The position numbers and the translations under genes were made by a program. From Halobacteriales archaeon (GTDB taxonomy: Archaea; Halobacteriota; Halobacteria; Halobacteriales; SKNY01): a DNA stretch of 64,000 nucleotides. The stretch is from the NCBI GenBank assembly GCA_007118975.1, contig SKQO01000036.1, forward strand, positions 28,413-92,412. Reading direction: 5' to 3'. Shown here one piece after another: positions 1 through 9,485 of this stretch (the first letter of the stretch is position 1; every line of letters begins with the position of its first letter). The notes beneath the pieces were generated by a model, which had not been told where the DNA came from, did not search any database, and was given only the letters and a program-made list of their open reading frames with translations.

Positions 1-331
1 GCTTCTCCTCCATGAGCCGCGGTTCGTCGTCCATGAACGCTCGCATCGGCTCGAGCAGGCGATCGTCGCGCGCCATCTCGGTAAAGACGAGCGAGAGATC
101 GTTGATCGGCTGGATTTTCTTCACCAGCTGACCGCCCTTGTCGTCTTCCACGAGGGCGAGCCGCCCGCTGGTCCGATCGTTTGCGACAGAGGAGTTGATA
201 ATCAGTTCGAGAATGTCGTCCGCCGCCTGCCGCATGCGCGCGATTTCGGCCGCATCGAAGGCATCCTCGACGAGTACGTACCCTCGTTCCTCGAGTGTCC
301 GAACGTGGTCTGTCGTGAGTTCGCTTGCCAT
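1..331 (-). CDS. phytanoyl-CoA dioxygenase (PhyH) family protein, N-terminal part (gene continues beyond window start)
   Basis: Reverse translation from ATG (complement of 329-331) reads MASELTTDHVRTLEERGYVLVEDAFDAAEIARMRQAADDILE...KIQPINDLSLVF...PRLMEEK. This is typical of PhyH-family N-termini. The frame is open to the window edge, so it is missing from the ORF track. Confidence 0.65.
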   Translation of the reverse strand, partial: MASELTTDHVRTLEERGYVLVEDAFDAAEIARMRQAADDILELIINSSVANDRTSGRLALVEDDKGGQLVKKIQPINDLSLVFTEMARDDRLLEPMRAFMDDEPRLMEEK

Positions 332-391
332 TAACTCGGCTGGATTCACCGACAGCCCAAAAGTGCTTCCCTGGGAACGCCGGTTCGACTG

Positions 392-646
392 ACGGACTTC
401 GCAGTCGTATTCGAGACGGCCGACACCGCCGATCTCGATCGTGTCACCATCCTCCAACGGTTCCGGAGTTTCTGACGTCCCCACCCCGATGCCACCTCGG
501 GGTTCGAGGGTCATCAAGATCGTTATCTCCGCGGATCACCTCTCGACCGGGAAAATGAACGCGTTATTGGCGGGATCTTGCTCCTCCACCCCGTTGCGCA
601 GGGGGCGCATATGCGAGCCTTCTGAGTCGGCGACGATGGGATTCAT
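392..646 (-). pseudogene. fumarylacetoacetate hydrolase (FAH) family remnant (C-terminal fragment with in-frame stop)
   Basis: The minus frame reads MNPIVADSEGSHMRPLRNGVEEQDPANNAFIFPVER*SAEITILMTLEPRGGIGVGTSETPEPLEDGDTIEIGGVGRLEYDCEV. The tail resembles the FAH C-terminus (..MTLEPGD..GTP.GVG....GD.IEIEI.GIG.L.N.V). Only about 80 aa remain, interrupted by a TGA. The frame has no stop before the PhyH ATG at 331. Confidence 0.35.
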
Positions 647-743
647 TGGTGCCACGCCGTCGAAGGACTTCGCGGAGTCCGAGCGATGCTGAGCACGGGC
701 GGGGACCGAATGATATATGTTTTAGGTCGCCCTAAAGCGCCCA

Positions 744-911
744 ATGACCGCGGAGACGGTACCCGAAGAACAGTCGGCGGCGGACGGGAAACCAGATGTG
801 GTTCCACGAGTCGCCGCGTGCGAAACAAAACCTGGCACGTTCGTCTTTCTCGAACACGGGAATACCGATGGCTGGATCGCGAGCGATGAGATCGTGACGC
901 TCCACCGCTAG
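744..911 (+). CDS. small acidic haloarchaeal protein (55 aa), conserved-family look
   Basis: ATG at 744, TAG at 909-911. Translation: MTAETVPEEQSAADGKPDVVPRVAACETKPGTFVFLEHGNTDGWIASDEIVTLHR. It resembles a small halophile-specific family (C..P....F.E..NTDGWI..D..V.L.R). It is below the 60-aa cutoff of the ORF track. Confidence 0.5.
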   Translation: MTAETVPEEQSAADGKPDVVPRVAACETKPGTFVFLEHGNTDGWIASDEIVTLHR

Positions 912-1013
912 CGCTACGGATCGCTCACGGTTCGAAATTTTTCGTCGTTCGTAAGCCGGAGCTGGATATCACAAGGCGGAGCGACAATTGCGATCGGGGT
1001 ACTCGCCGAAGCC

Positions 1014-1559
1014 TCAGTGTGTGGCGGATTCGAGGACCAGCGTATCGTCCTCGAGGTAGTGATCGATGACGTGTGCGTGCTCTTCGAGATCGACGAGCTG
1101 CTCTCTGAGCATCTCGCTCGTGGTATAATCCCCGAGGCCTTCGGCGAGTTTGATGTGCTCCCGGTAGCTCGTGATGATCTCGCCGTACATCTCGAGATCA
1201 TGTTCGAAAGACGTCCTGATGTCGTAGACGTCCTCGTCCTCCGGCTCGACGGTCGCTGCTTCGGCGAGGGTGGTCATGCTCGCGTGGGGGACGCCACCGA
1301 GTGCCTGAATCCGTTCTGCGAGCTCGTCGGCGGCCAGCTCCACTTCCTCGTAGGCCTCCTGCAGCCACCGGTGAATCGGCAGGTGTTCGGCGCCCTCGAC
1401 GTTCCAGTGATGCTTGTGAAGCTGATGGTACAGGACGTACGCGTCCGCAAGGTCCGTGTTGAGGGCCTCGATGACCTGTTCTGCTTTGTCCTGTTCGAGG
1501 CGGACCGGATTTTCGTGCACGCTACCCGCCGGTCGTCGAACAGTTTTTTGAGTACTCAT
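1014..1559 (-). CDS. dps: DNA starvation/stationary phase protection protein (Dps, ferritin-like)
   Basis: The 183-aa ORF carries the ferritin-like Dps signature ...LNTDLADAYVLYHQLHKHHWNVEGAEH...ELAADELAERIQALGGVP...HIKLAEGLGDYTTSEMLREQLVDLEEHAHVIDHYLEDD. The ATG is at 1559; an alternative GTG lies at 1565. Confidence 0.9.
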   Translation of the reverse strand: MSTQKTVRRPAGSVHENPVRLEQDKAEQVIEALNTDLADAYVLYHQLHKHHWNVEGAEHLPIHRWLQEAYEEVELAADELAERIQALGGVPHASMTTLAEAATVEPEDEDVYDIRTSFEHDLEMYGEIITSYREHIKLAEGLGDYTTSEMLREQLVDLEEHAHVIDHYLEDDTLVLESATH

Positions 1560-1692
1560 ACTCACCCGGCGATTGGTGCCGCAACCCCTTATAATTTTTC
1601 ACGAATCAAACATATTTTCGGCTGGCCTAAACTCGAATTCCCGTTCCCCCAAGAGAAAGTCCCTTCATTGGACCTACCGTCGACGGGGAATG

Positions 1693-2733
1693 TCAGTGAC
1701 TCGAGGAATCGACTGTGTTTACGACAGCATCCGATAGCGACGCGAAAAAGTCGTCTTCGGTCGCCGCGAGCGGTCTGGTCGTCAAAAGGACGAACCGCAA
1801 CTCTCGCGCTGGATCGGCCCACGCCAGCGTCCCCGTAGCGCCACCGTGACCGAACGTCCGGTCGGAGGAGGCCGTGCCGAAATACGATCGGGAACCGACG
1901 AGCGACCAGCCGAGACCCCATGACTCATCGAGGGTAGGCGTCTGGTTGCTCGTCATCGCCCGGACGGTTTCTTGGGCGAGCACGCGAGTGCCATCGACCG
2001 ATCCATCCCCGAGAAAGAGACCCAGAAAGCGGGCAATGTCCCTGGCAGTGCTGTGCAAGCCACCCCACGGCGCACCAAACTCGCGCCAATACTGACTGTT
2101 CCAGTCCCAGCGGTCGAATCCCGGATCGCCCGGTGCTGGGTCGACGTCACACGGAACAACGTCCCCGAGCTTGTGGCCGCGAAGGCCCAGAAAAGTGTTG
2201 TCCATGCCGGCAGGATCGAACAGTTCTCGCTCCATATATGCAGCCAATGTCACTCCCGTCCTGCGCTCGACGATCTCCGCTGCCAAGTTGATCCCCATGC
2301 TCTGGTAAGAGACGTCCGTGCCGGGCTCGAACTGGAGTGGGACCTCGAGGGTGCGTTCCACGAAACGAGCGCGTGGTGCGTTGCGACGGCGGAGGGCCTC
2401 GTTGTCCGGCAGCATGTCCGGGAGGCCAGAGGTGTGTGTCAGGAGATGGCGAATCGTTACGTGCTCGCGTCCGTCGCTGGCAAATCCCGCCACATGATCG
2501 GTGACAGGATCGTCCAGGGAACAATAGTCGGCTTCTACACATTTCATCACTGCCGCCGCCGTCACCGGTTTGGTGATCGATGCGATCAGGAACGGAGACT
2601 CGTGGGCGATCCCCTCTCCCCAGCATTCGTCGAGAAGCCGCCGCTCATTCGCATGTACGAGCAATTGCGCGCCGGTCATGTCTGTGCTCTCAACCTCGGC
2701 GGCGACAGTCTCGCTGACAGACTCGATTCCCAT
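1693..2733 (-). CDS. serine hydrolase / beta-lactamase family protein
   Basis: S-x-x-K motif (FLIASITKPVTAAAV) plus general class-C beta-lactamase/esterase similarity (HLLTHTSGLPD, YQSMGINLAAEIVE). The start was moved to the internal ATG (MGIESV..., complement of 2731-2733). The upstream extension of the 407-aa ORF is Arg/Cys/Pro-rich junk. Confidence 0.8.
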   Translation of the reverse strand: MGIESVSETVAAEVESTDMTGAQLLVHANERRLLDECWGEGIAHESPFLIASITKPVTAAAVMKCVEADYCSLDDPVTDHVAGFASDGREHVTIRHLLTHTSGLPDMLPDNEALRRRNAPRARFVERTLEVPLQFEPGTDVSYQSMGINLAAEIVERRTGVTLAAYMERELFDPAGMDNTFLGLRGHKLGDVVPCDVDPAPGDPGFDRWDWNSQYWREFGAPWGGLHSTARDIARFLGLFLGDGSVDGTRVLAQETVRAMTSNQTPTLDESWGLGWSLVGSRSYFGTASSDRTFGHGGATGTLAWADPARELRFVLLTTRPLAATEDDFFASLSDAVVNTVDSSSH

Positions 2734-2758
2734 GCGGTGCGCGGAGCGTGATCCACCT

Positions 2759-3058
2759 TCAACCAACCGATAGGGGCGTCTCCTCCCGCAGGTGTATCGG
2801 GGTGTACAGGTGGTCAAAGACGGGTGTAGAGATGATGGTATGCCCGGGCGTGTTCCGCACAAAGGCCAACACATTCGACAAATGGCTGGTGATATCGGAT
2901 ACCGCGGAGCAATCACTCATCTGTCGAGGGGCCGCGTGTACCACCACCTCCTCGACGATAATGATGTCGTTCGGGCAACGTATCGGATCGATAACCACCA
3001 TTGTGGCCTCGTCGTTCGGCAGACAGCGCTCCCGACCGTATTCGATCCGGCGAGGCAC
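2759..3058 (-). CDS. hypothetical protein (80-99 aa), function unknown
   Basis: ORF on the same strand, ending 26 nt upstream of the hydrolase start. It has GC-ending codons. The likely ATG is at 3001 (MVVIDPIRCPNDIIIVEEVVVHAAP...). No motif recognised, and it could be an N-terminal fragment of a larger enzyme. Confidence 0.3.
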   Translation of the reverse strand: MPRRIEYGRERCLPNDEATMVVIDPIRCPNDIIIVEEVVVHAAPRQMSDCSAVSDITSHLSNVLAFVRNTPGHTIISTPVFDHLYTPIHLREETPLSVG

Positions 3059-3354
3059 CGCGTTGCATGCGGTCGTGTCCAGCCACCCATCACGGATCCT
3101 GGAGGCCTTTTGAACACATATGGTAGAACGGTCTCAGTGGATCTTCTACTCGAGAGATCGTTTCCGCCCCATCATGCACCGAGCTTCAGATGATCGAACG
3201 TCCCAACCTTGCCGGTGATGCGTGGTGTGGGCCGATCTGCGGCGGAGTTGTCGGTCCCACTCGCTACCTCCGATCTCAGTGCACCTCCTATCCGATCGGG
3301 TAGAGTTCCACGCTCGAAAGGAAGATGTATAGCGTTCAATCGTAGGAATGTGGT

Positions 3355-4419
3355 ATGTACGACGTCACGTTCATCGGTACCGGCGCCGACCCCGACAATC
3401 CCGATGTGTCGGGCTACGCGATGGCATATCACCACGCGAACGCGTACGACCGACTGGAGAACTGCGAACTCGTCGCCTGTGCGGATATCATCCCGGAAAA
3501 TGCCTCCGCGTTCGCGAACGCGTTCGGCATCGACGAGGCGGAGACGTTCCAGGATTACGAAGAGATGCTGGCGGAGGTCGACCCCGACATCGTTTCCGTC
3601 TGTGTGCCACCCGCACTCCACGCGGAGATCGTTATCGACTGCGCCCGTCACGGTGTCCCAGCCATCCACTGTGAAAAGCCGATGGATCTGACCTGGGGCG
3701 GGGCTCGACGGATGACAGACACGTGTTGGCGACGGGGCGTCCAGTTGACGTTCAACCATCAGCGTCGTTTCAAACCGTCGTGGGTGAGAGCGAGGGAGAT
3801 CGTCACGTCCGGCTCGATCGGCGAGATCGAGCGCGTCGAACTGACCCCACCGAACGTGTTCGATTGGGGGACACACGCCTTCGACTACGCGGGGTACGTC
3901 ACCGGCGATCGACCGGCCGATTGGGTCATCGGACAAATCGATTACCGCGACGAGCAGTACTGGTTTGGTGCGCACAACGAAAACCAGGCCCAGGCACAGT
4001 GGGTGTACGACAACGGCGTGGTCGGGCTTATCTCGACCGGGATTGGTGGCAGCGTGATTCCGGCGTTCATGAGGATCGTTGGCACTGACGGAACCGTCGA
4101 CATCGAACCGGAGGGCGACGAGAACGGCGATGTCAGATGGCGAACGAGCGAGGGATCATGGAAGCACGAATCCATCGAGGAGGATGACTGGACGGAACCG
4201 ATCGACAGCGGCATCGAGCACATCGTCGAATGTCTCGAAAACGGTCACGAGCCGGAACTGAGCGCGAAGAACGCCCTGAATTCGACCGAGATCATTTTCG
4301 GAATCTGGGAGTCGTCCCGTCGACGGGGACGTGTCGATTTTCCGCTCGAGATCGATGACAACCCCCTCGAAGCGATGGTGGCAGCCGGCGATCTTCCCGT
4401 GACGCAGAAAGAGACGTGA
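3355..4419 (+). CDS. Gfo/Idh/MocA family oxidoreductase
   Basis: N-terminal Rossmann segment (VTFIGTGADPDN...), then EMLAEVDPDIVSVCVPPALHAEIVIDCARHGVPAIHCEKPM and LTFNHQRRF. This is the classic Gfo/Idh/MocA EKP motif arrangement. Confidence 0.85.
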   Translation: MYDVTFIGTGADPDNPDVSGYAMAYHHANAYDRLENCELVACADIIPENASAFANAFGIDEAETFQDYEEMLAEVDPDIVSVCVPPALHAEIVIDCARHGVPAIHCEKPMDLTWGGARRMTDTCWRRGVQLTFNHQRRFKPSWVRAREIVTSGSIGEIERVELTPPNVFDWGTHAFDYAGYVTGDRPADWVIGQIDYRDEQYWFGAHNENQAQAQWVYDNGVVGLISTGIGGSVIPAFMRIVGTDGTVDIEPEGDENGDVRWRTSEGSWKHESIEEDDWTEPIDSGIEHIVECLENGHEPELSAKNALNSTEIIFGIWESSRRRGRVDFPLEIDDNPLEAMVAAGDLPVTQKET

Positions 4420-4691
4420 ACGTCGCGTGATTTGAGGCGCCGACCGTCTCAGCTGTACGAACACTTACAGTGGTAGCACGGCGTCGGACCCCCCGACCTG
4501 TGTTTCTCCGTAGGGAGCGACCAAGCGGAACCGGCCGGAATCCGCCTGAATTGGTCTTTCGGCAACTTCGACGGATGTGCGACGGACAGGGGCAATGCTC
4601 GCGTGTGCGCTCAGTTACACGGCCCGAGACATAAGCAGGATCCACCGGAATCCCAAGGTTGAAGCTACCGTCCACGGGCTGCTCATCCGAC

Positions 4692-5855
4692 ATGGAGATC
4701 GTCGACTACCGGATCCATCACGTCGAACCTCGCTGGCTGTTCACCGAACTCGAAACGTCCACCGGGCTCGTCGGCTGGGGCGAGCACGTAACCGCCGGCG
4801 GTGCCGAGACGGTCGCGAGTGCCGTCGAACGACTGATCGAAGGCCGGCTATTGGGTAACGATCCGTTGCCCATCGAAGACCACTGGCACCACATGTATCG
4901 TGGCGGGTTCTACCGCGGGGGACCCGTTCTGATGAGCGCCATCGCGGGGATCGACCAGGCGCTGTGGGACCTCAAAGGGAAATACTACGATGCGCCCGTC
5001 CATGAAATATTGGGGGGTAAAGTCCGGGATCGTGTTCGCGTCTATCGCTGGATCGGGGGGGATGATCCCTCCTCAGTGGGCGAACACGCCAGCGAACGAC
5101 TCGCCGAGGGCGTAACGGCGATGAAAATGAACGCCACGGGTCGGGTCAGACATCTCGAATCGCCGGCGGCGGTGGCGGAGGCTCGCGCGAGGATTGCCGA
5201 GGTCCGTGACGTCATCGGCGAAACGGGCGATATCGCACTCGACTTTCACGGGCGCGTCTCCAAACCGATGGCAAAACGGATCGCCGCTGCCGTCGACGAA
5301 TACGATCCGTATTTCATCGAGGAACCAGTCCTGGCGGAGCACAACGACGCCCTCCCGATACTCGCTGATAACACGAGTGCACCGATCGCCACGGGGGAAC
5401 GGATGTACAGCCGGGCGGCATTCAAACCCATCCTAGAAGCAGGTGCCGTCGATGTCGTCCAGCCGGATCTGTCGCACGCCGGTGGCATCACCGAGGTTCG
5501 CAAGATCGCGACGATGGCAGCCGCCTACGACGTGGCGCTTGCCCCACACTGTCCACTCGGGCCGGTCGCGTTTGCGGCGTGTCTCAACGTCGACGCCGCC
5601 TCTCGCAACGCGGTCATCCAAGAACAAAGCCTCGACATTCACTACCATCAGGATACGGATTTGCTGGACTATCTGGTTGACCCGTCCGTGTTCGATATCG
5701 AGGACGGCCACGTCACCGTTCCGGACGGTCCCGGCCTCGGGGTCGAACTCGACCCCGACGCCTTTCGATATCAGGAAGACCGATCAACCGACGATGATAC
5801 AGACAGCAGCCCGCCGCCGTGGTATCACGTCGACGGGAGCCTCGCCGAATGGTAA
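4692..5855 (+). CDS. enolase-superfamily sugar-acid dehydratase (galactonate dehydratase-like, mandelate racemase/muconate lactonizing enzyme family)
   Basis: MEIVDYRIHHVEPRWLFTELETSTGLVGWGEH...AIAGIDQALWDLKGKYYDAPVHEILGG...DFHGR...FIEEP...GERMY closely follows the DgoD-type pattern. The ATG at 4692 is preferred over the TTG at 4659. Confidence 0.85.
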   Translation: MEIVDYRIHHVEPRWLFTELETSTGLVGWGEHVTAGGAETVASAVERLIEGRLLGNDPLPIEDHWHHMYRGGFYRGGPVLMSAIAGIDQALWDLKGKYYDAPVHEILGGKVRDRVRVYRWIGGDDPSSVGEHASERLAEGVTAMKMNATGRVRHLESPAAVAEARARIAEVRDVIGETGDIALDFHGRVSKPMAKRIAAAVDEYDPYFIEEPVLAEHNDALPILADNTSAPIATGERMYSRAAFKPILEAGAVDVVQPDLSHAGGITEVRKIATMAAAYDVALAPHCPLGPVAFAACLNVDAASRNAVIQEQSLDIHYHQDTDLLDYLVDPSVFDIEDGHVTVPDGPGLGVELDPDAFRYQEDRSTDDDTDSSPPPWYHVDGSLAEW

Positions 5856-6380
5856 CCGGTGAGCCGAAGTTCCGGAAGTGCGCTTGTCGTAGTGCCAGCC
5901 ACGCGACCGGACATGCCTCGTTCGAGGGTTGATTCACCCGAAAGAGCCATCAGTTTCTGTACGTAGACGATTCGGTGTCTTTCGCTCGAATCGTCCCAAG
6001 GTGGCACACATTGAAACTGCAGCAATCGACCCATGATACCTTCCGGCCGAGGTTCTTCGGACGATCGGCGGCCGTCATTCCGCCAGAACGGTTCACCTCC
6101 GGACAGGTTCCCGAAGTCGGTTCACGCCACCCCGGACGAACCACCCGGTCGATGCACCGTCTCGAGAACGCCCCCACCAGTGACACCCGACGGCCGGAAC
6201 TGTTCGACATTCTCGTCAAAACGGGGAGCGTGACGGCCACGAGATGTCCCGAGACGAGGCGCCCCAACGCACATGGACCAGAACACGAGCAGTGACTCGG
6301 ATATCTGCTGACGAAGGTTACGTGAGGATAAGCGGACCGACGAATATCCGGACGGCTGCACAAGCCAAGATATCGTCTCG

Positions 6381-7460
6381 TCAGTCCGTCCAGCCGCTCC
6401 CCCGTAGCTTGCGAACATCGCCGGGGACGACAGGGGTACCCTCCTCAGCGGCCGCAACAGCAGCAAAACACAGCTCGAGGCTGGCAAGGTTGGCAGCGGC
6501 AGCGTGTTCGGGCGGACGATCTTCGGCGATCGCGACAAGTAGTTCCCCCATCGCGCCCGCGAAGCCATCCGTGAACCACTGACCGGACAACTCCGGCGTG
6601 TATGTCGCGTCCGCCCGGTGCACTGTGACGGTCTGATCGTTGAGGGACGGCCCATCGGAAACAAAGGTACCGTCGGTTCCGGTCACGACCGTGACATGGC
6701 GTTCGCCGTGACAAGTGTGACCGTCGAAGCAAACACTCACCTGGATATCATCGTACGCGATGATTGCCTGTGCGAGTAGGGGCGGGCTGGCAGTCTGCGT
6801 GGGCGACCGGGCTGTCGAAGCAGCAACCCACTGCGGTTCGTGATCGGCAAAGAGCGTCGCGATCACGTCGAACCAGTGAATACCGTAGTCATAGAGGATG
6901 GCGTGGTCGATCCCATCGAATCCGGTCTCGGTAATCCAGTCGTGGTTCCAGTTCTCCGTGAACCGGGCCGTCTGGAGCGTACCGAGGTGGCCTGCTGCTG
7001 CCAGATCGAGACAATAGCGCCACTGGGGCGACCATCGCCCGTTTTGGTTGACCGCCAGCTTGACGCCGGCATCGGATGCCCGTTCGACGAGATCGCGCCC
7101 CTCATCTATATCCAGGACGAATGGTTTTTGAGAGAGGACGTGTTTTCCGGCGTCGATCGCTTCCCCTACGATCTCGGGTCGAACAGTCGGCGGCGTTGCG
7201 ACGTCGACGACCGAGATGTCCTCCCGCGCAAGCAACGCCGTCTGATCGGTATACACCGTCGCATCCGGATAAAACGCATCGCGCTGGGCGATCGCGCGGT
7301 CCCGATCGATGTCACATAACGCAGCGACCTCCAAATTCATGTCCCGATAGGCGGTCAAATGTGACTCGGTGATACTGCCACAGCCGATGAGCCCGATCTT
7401 GCGCCGACAACGATCCGGTCTCGGTGGTTGGTAGTCGATTGCGGGCGTGGAAAATGTCAT
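6381..7460 (-). CDS. Gfo/Idh/MocA family oxidoreductase
   Basis: KIGLIGCGSITESHLTAYRD..., DISVVDVATPPTVRPEIVGEAIDAGKHVLSQKPF, LAVNQNGRW. The start was set to the ATG (MTFSTPAIDY) at 7460. Confidence 0.85.
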   Translation of the reverse strand: MTFSTPAIDYQPPRPDRCRRKIGLIGCGSITESHLTAYRDMNLEVAALCDIDRDRAIAQRDAFYPDATVYTDQTALLAREDISVVDVATPPTVRPEIVGEAIDAGKHVLSQKPFVLDIDEGRDLVERASDAGVKLAVNQNGRWSPQWRYCLDLAAAGHLGTLQTARFTENWNHDWITETGFDGIDHAILYDYGIHWFDVIATLFADHEPQWVAASTARSPTQTASPPLLAQAIIAYDDIQVSVCFDGHTCHGERHVTVVTGTDGTFVSDGPSLNDQTVTVHRADATYTPELSGQWFTDGFAGAMGELLVAIAEDRPPEHAAAANLASLELCFAAVAAAEEGTPVVPGDVRKLRGSGWTD

Positions 7461-7659
7461 ACTAGCAACGATGCGACTGTCTTTAAAAATTGCGACGTTC
7501 ACGTGTGCGGCTCACCTGCGCCATTGGGAATGTGGTTGCGAACAGCGAGCGGGTGGTGGAACCACGACAATTGATCTGCGGTTGCACAGACAAGGAAAGC
7601 CATCCCAACAGATACTCGATCCCGGCGACGTAATCTTGCAGACACACTACCATTCAGCC

Positions 7660-8346
7660 ATGACCGAAGAACATCAACTCGATGTTATCCTCTTTGGAGA
7701 TAACGCCGATCGTCACCGCCTCGAAACCAGGGCGCCGATCATCAAGACCTCGCTGGAGCGCACGGGGTCGATGCGGGTAGACGTCACGACCGACAAGACG
7801 TTGTTCACTGACTACGTCGACAAGGCCGATAAACCGTTCGCGGAACTCCCGGGCTATGACGTCCTCGTGTTGTACCACCCTTCGTTGCGTACCCTCTGGA
7901 CCTGGAATGCGAACCAGCTGTCGTACCTCGAGTCATTCGTCGAGGCAGGGGGTGGACTCCTCGCGTTGCATTCGACCCTGGCAATGCTCGAGGACGACCC
8001 GCATCATCAGCGGCTTGCGAACCTCGTGGGTGGCACGATCATCGACCATGGACCACTTGTCGAGGACGTCTCAGTGGAAATCACCGACGCCGAGCACCCG
8101 ATCACCACGGATCTCCACCCGTTCTCCATCCGTGATGAACCGTACAATCTGCGAACGAACGACGATATTCGCGTGCTCGCCGAAATCGCGCACGACTCAA
8201 TCGGGTGCTCCCCCGCGCTCTGGACGAAGTCCGTCGGTGACGGTCGAATCTGCTATTACTCGAACGGGCATGCCCCGGAGACCATGGCGGATCCGAACTT
8301 TCAGCAGGTGCTTGCGAACGCGATTCGATGGGTTGGGACGAAGTGA
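7660..8346 (+). CDS. ThuA domain-containing protein (trehalose-utilisation-like)
   Basis: The 228-aa product from ATG 7660 reads DVILFGDNADRH...YDVLVLYH...FVEAGGGLLALHS...EHPIT...FSIRDEPY...CYYSNGHAPETMADPNFQQVLANAIRWV. This is the typical ThuA fold signature. The upstream part of the 299-aa ORF overlaps the divergent promoter region. Confidence 0.8.
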   Translation: MTEEHQLDVILFGDNADRHRLETRAPIIKTSLERTGSMRVDVTTDKTLFTDYVDKADKPFAELPGYDVLVLYHPSLRTLWTWNANQLSYLESFVEAGGGLLALHSTLAMLEDDPHHQRLANLVGGTIIDHGPLVEDVSVEITDAEHPITTDLHPFSIRDEPYNLRTNDDIRVLAEIAHDSIGCSPALWTKSVGDGRICYYSNGHAPETMADPNFQQVLANAIRWVGTK

Positions 8347-8426
8347 GACTGGTGGTCGTTCCGGAGGCGTGAGAACGCGGTCGTTCAACCCCGAAGCCTA
8401 TTACACCTGCCTTGGAGGCTCGAGTC

Positions 8427-9203
8427 ATGGCGATCGAACGGGGATTCGTAACCAACTCGCGGGTGGCCGTACAGCCTGCGATCGAGATGGCTGGCAGCAT
8501 CGGTCTAGATTACGTCGAGATCATGATGCACGGGACGGGACACCGGACGCGGCTCGCCCCGGCTGCAGCGGAGATTCGTGAGACATTGGACGACCACGGA
8601 CTTTCGTGTGTGGTGCACTTGCCGTTCAGCGGGATCGATCTCGGGTCCCCACATGAACACGTCCAGCGTGGGGCCGTCGAGGAGTTACGGGCGAGTGTCC
8701 GTGCGGCCGCGCAGATCGGTGCGCGGAAAGGGGTCATTCATCCACGATCCCGGGCGAGGGATGAGGCGGACCGCGCCCGCCTGATGGGCGACGGACTCCA
8801 GGAGGTGGTCGAGATCGCAAGCGAGTGCGACCTCGAGATCTGTGCGGAGAACATGTTCGGGGGGTACGCGACGGTCCACGATACCGAGGATATCCTGGCC
8901 AGGACGGATGCCTCGCTCACATACGACACCGGTCACGGCCGCATCGAAGGGCTCGAAGGCGAGAAGGCGGCGGCATTCCTGGAACGGCATCGAGAGCACA
9001 TCTCACACGTCCATCTGAACGACACCGTCGGCAAGTCGGACGACCACCTCCCGTTCGGCGCAGGGACGCTCGATTTCGAGACCGTCCTCGCACCGCTCAT
9101 CGAGGGTCCGTGGAATGGAACGTTCTCCCTGGAGGTCGGCACGCAAAATCTCGATTACATCGAACATAGCACGGAACATTTAGACGCCTTACTCGCCAGG
9201 TAA
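8427..9203 (+). CDS. sugar phosphate isomerase/epimerase (xylose isomerase-like TIM barrel) family protein
   Basis: GLDYVEIMMHG..., VVHLPF, GARKGVIHP, ICAENMF, HVHLNDT...DDHLPFGAGTLDF. This is the metal-binding pattern of the AP endonuclease 2/xylose isomerase-like TIM family. Confidence 0.8.
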   Translation: MAIERGFVTNSRVAVQPAIEMAGSIGLDYVEIMMHGTGHRTRLAPAAAEIRETLDDHGLSCVVHLPFSGIDLGSPHEHVQRGAVEELRASVRAAAQIGARKGVIHPRSRARDEADRARLMGDGLQEVVEIASECDLEICAENMFGGYATVHDTEDILARTDASLTYDTGHGRIEGLEGEKAAAFLERHREHISHVHLNDTVGKSDDHLPFGAGTLDFETVLAPLIEGPWNGTFSLEVGTQNLDYIEHSTEHLDALLAR

Positions 9204-9485
9204 GCCGACCTGCCACAACCCGCCCGAAAGGCGCGAGTACACCTTGTTTTTGACAGTTTCAGCCTGCTACTGGGGTTTCCCGACCGTTCAGTGATTACCA
9301 GAGGGCCCATCCCGGCCGCCGTCCGCGAGAACCGCTTGATCCCGCGCCCGCAGCCCGCTGGACTTTCACGAACCGTTGCGTGACCTGGCGCGCGGCGATC
9401 CTATCGCTTCGGGCGGGACGAGCCGGTTCGACGGACTGGTGTCATTGCGAGTATCGCTTCGTTCCGACGACAACGATGGCCACCC

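Noticed and set aside
332-515. N-terminally extended PhyH (start at ATG 512) as a genuine FAH-PhyH fusion protein
   Set aside because: MASELTTDHVRTLEERGY is a typical PhyH N-terminus on its own. The upstream piece is only the last ~40 residues of a FAH domain and is preceded by a stop. A relic is more plausible than a functional fusion.
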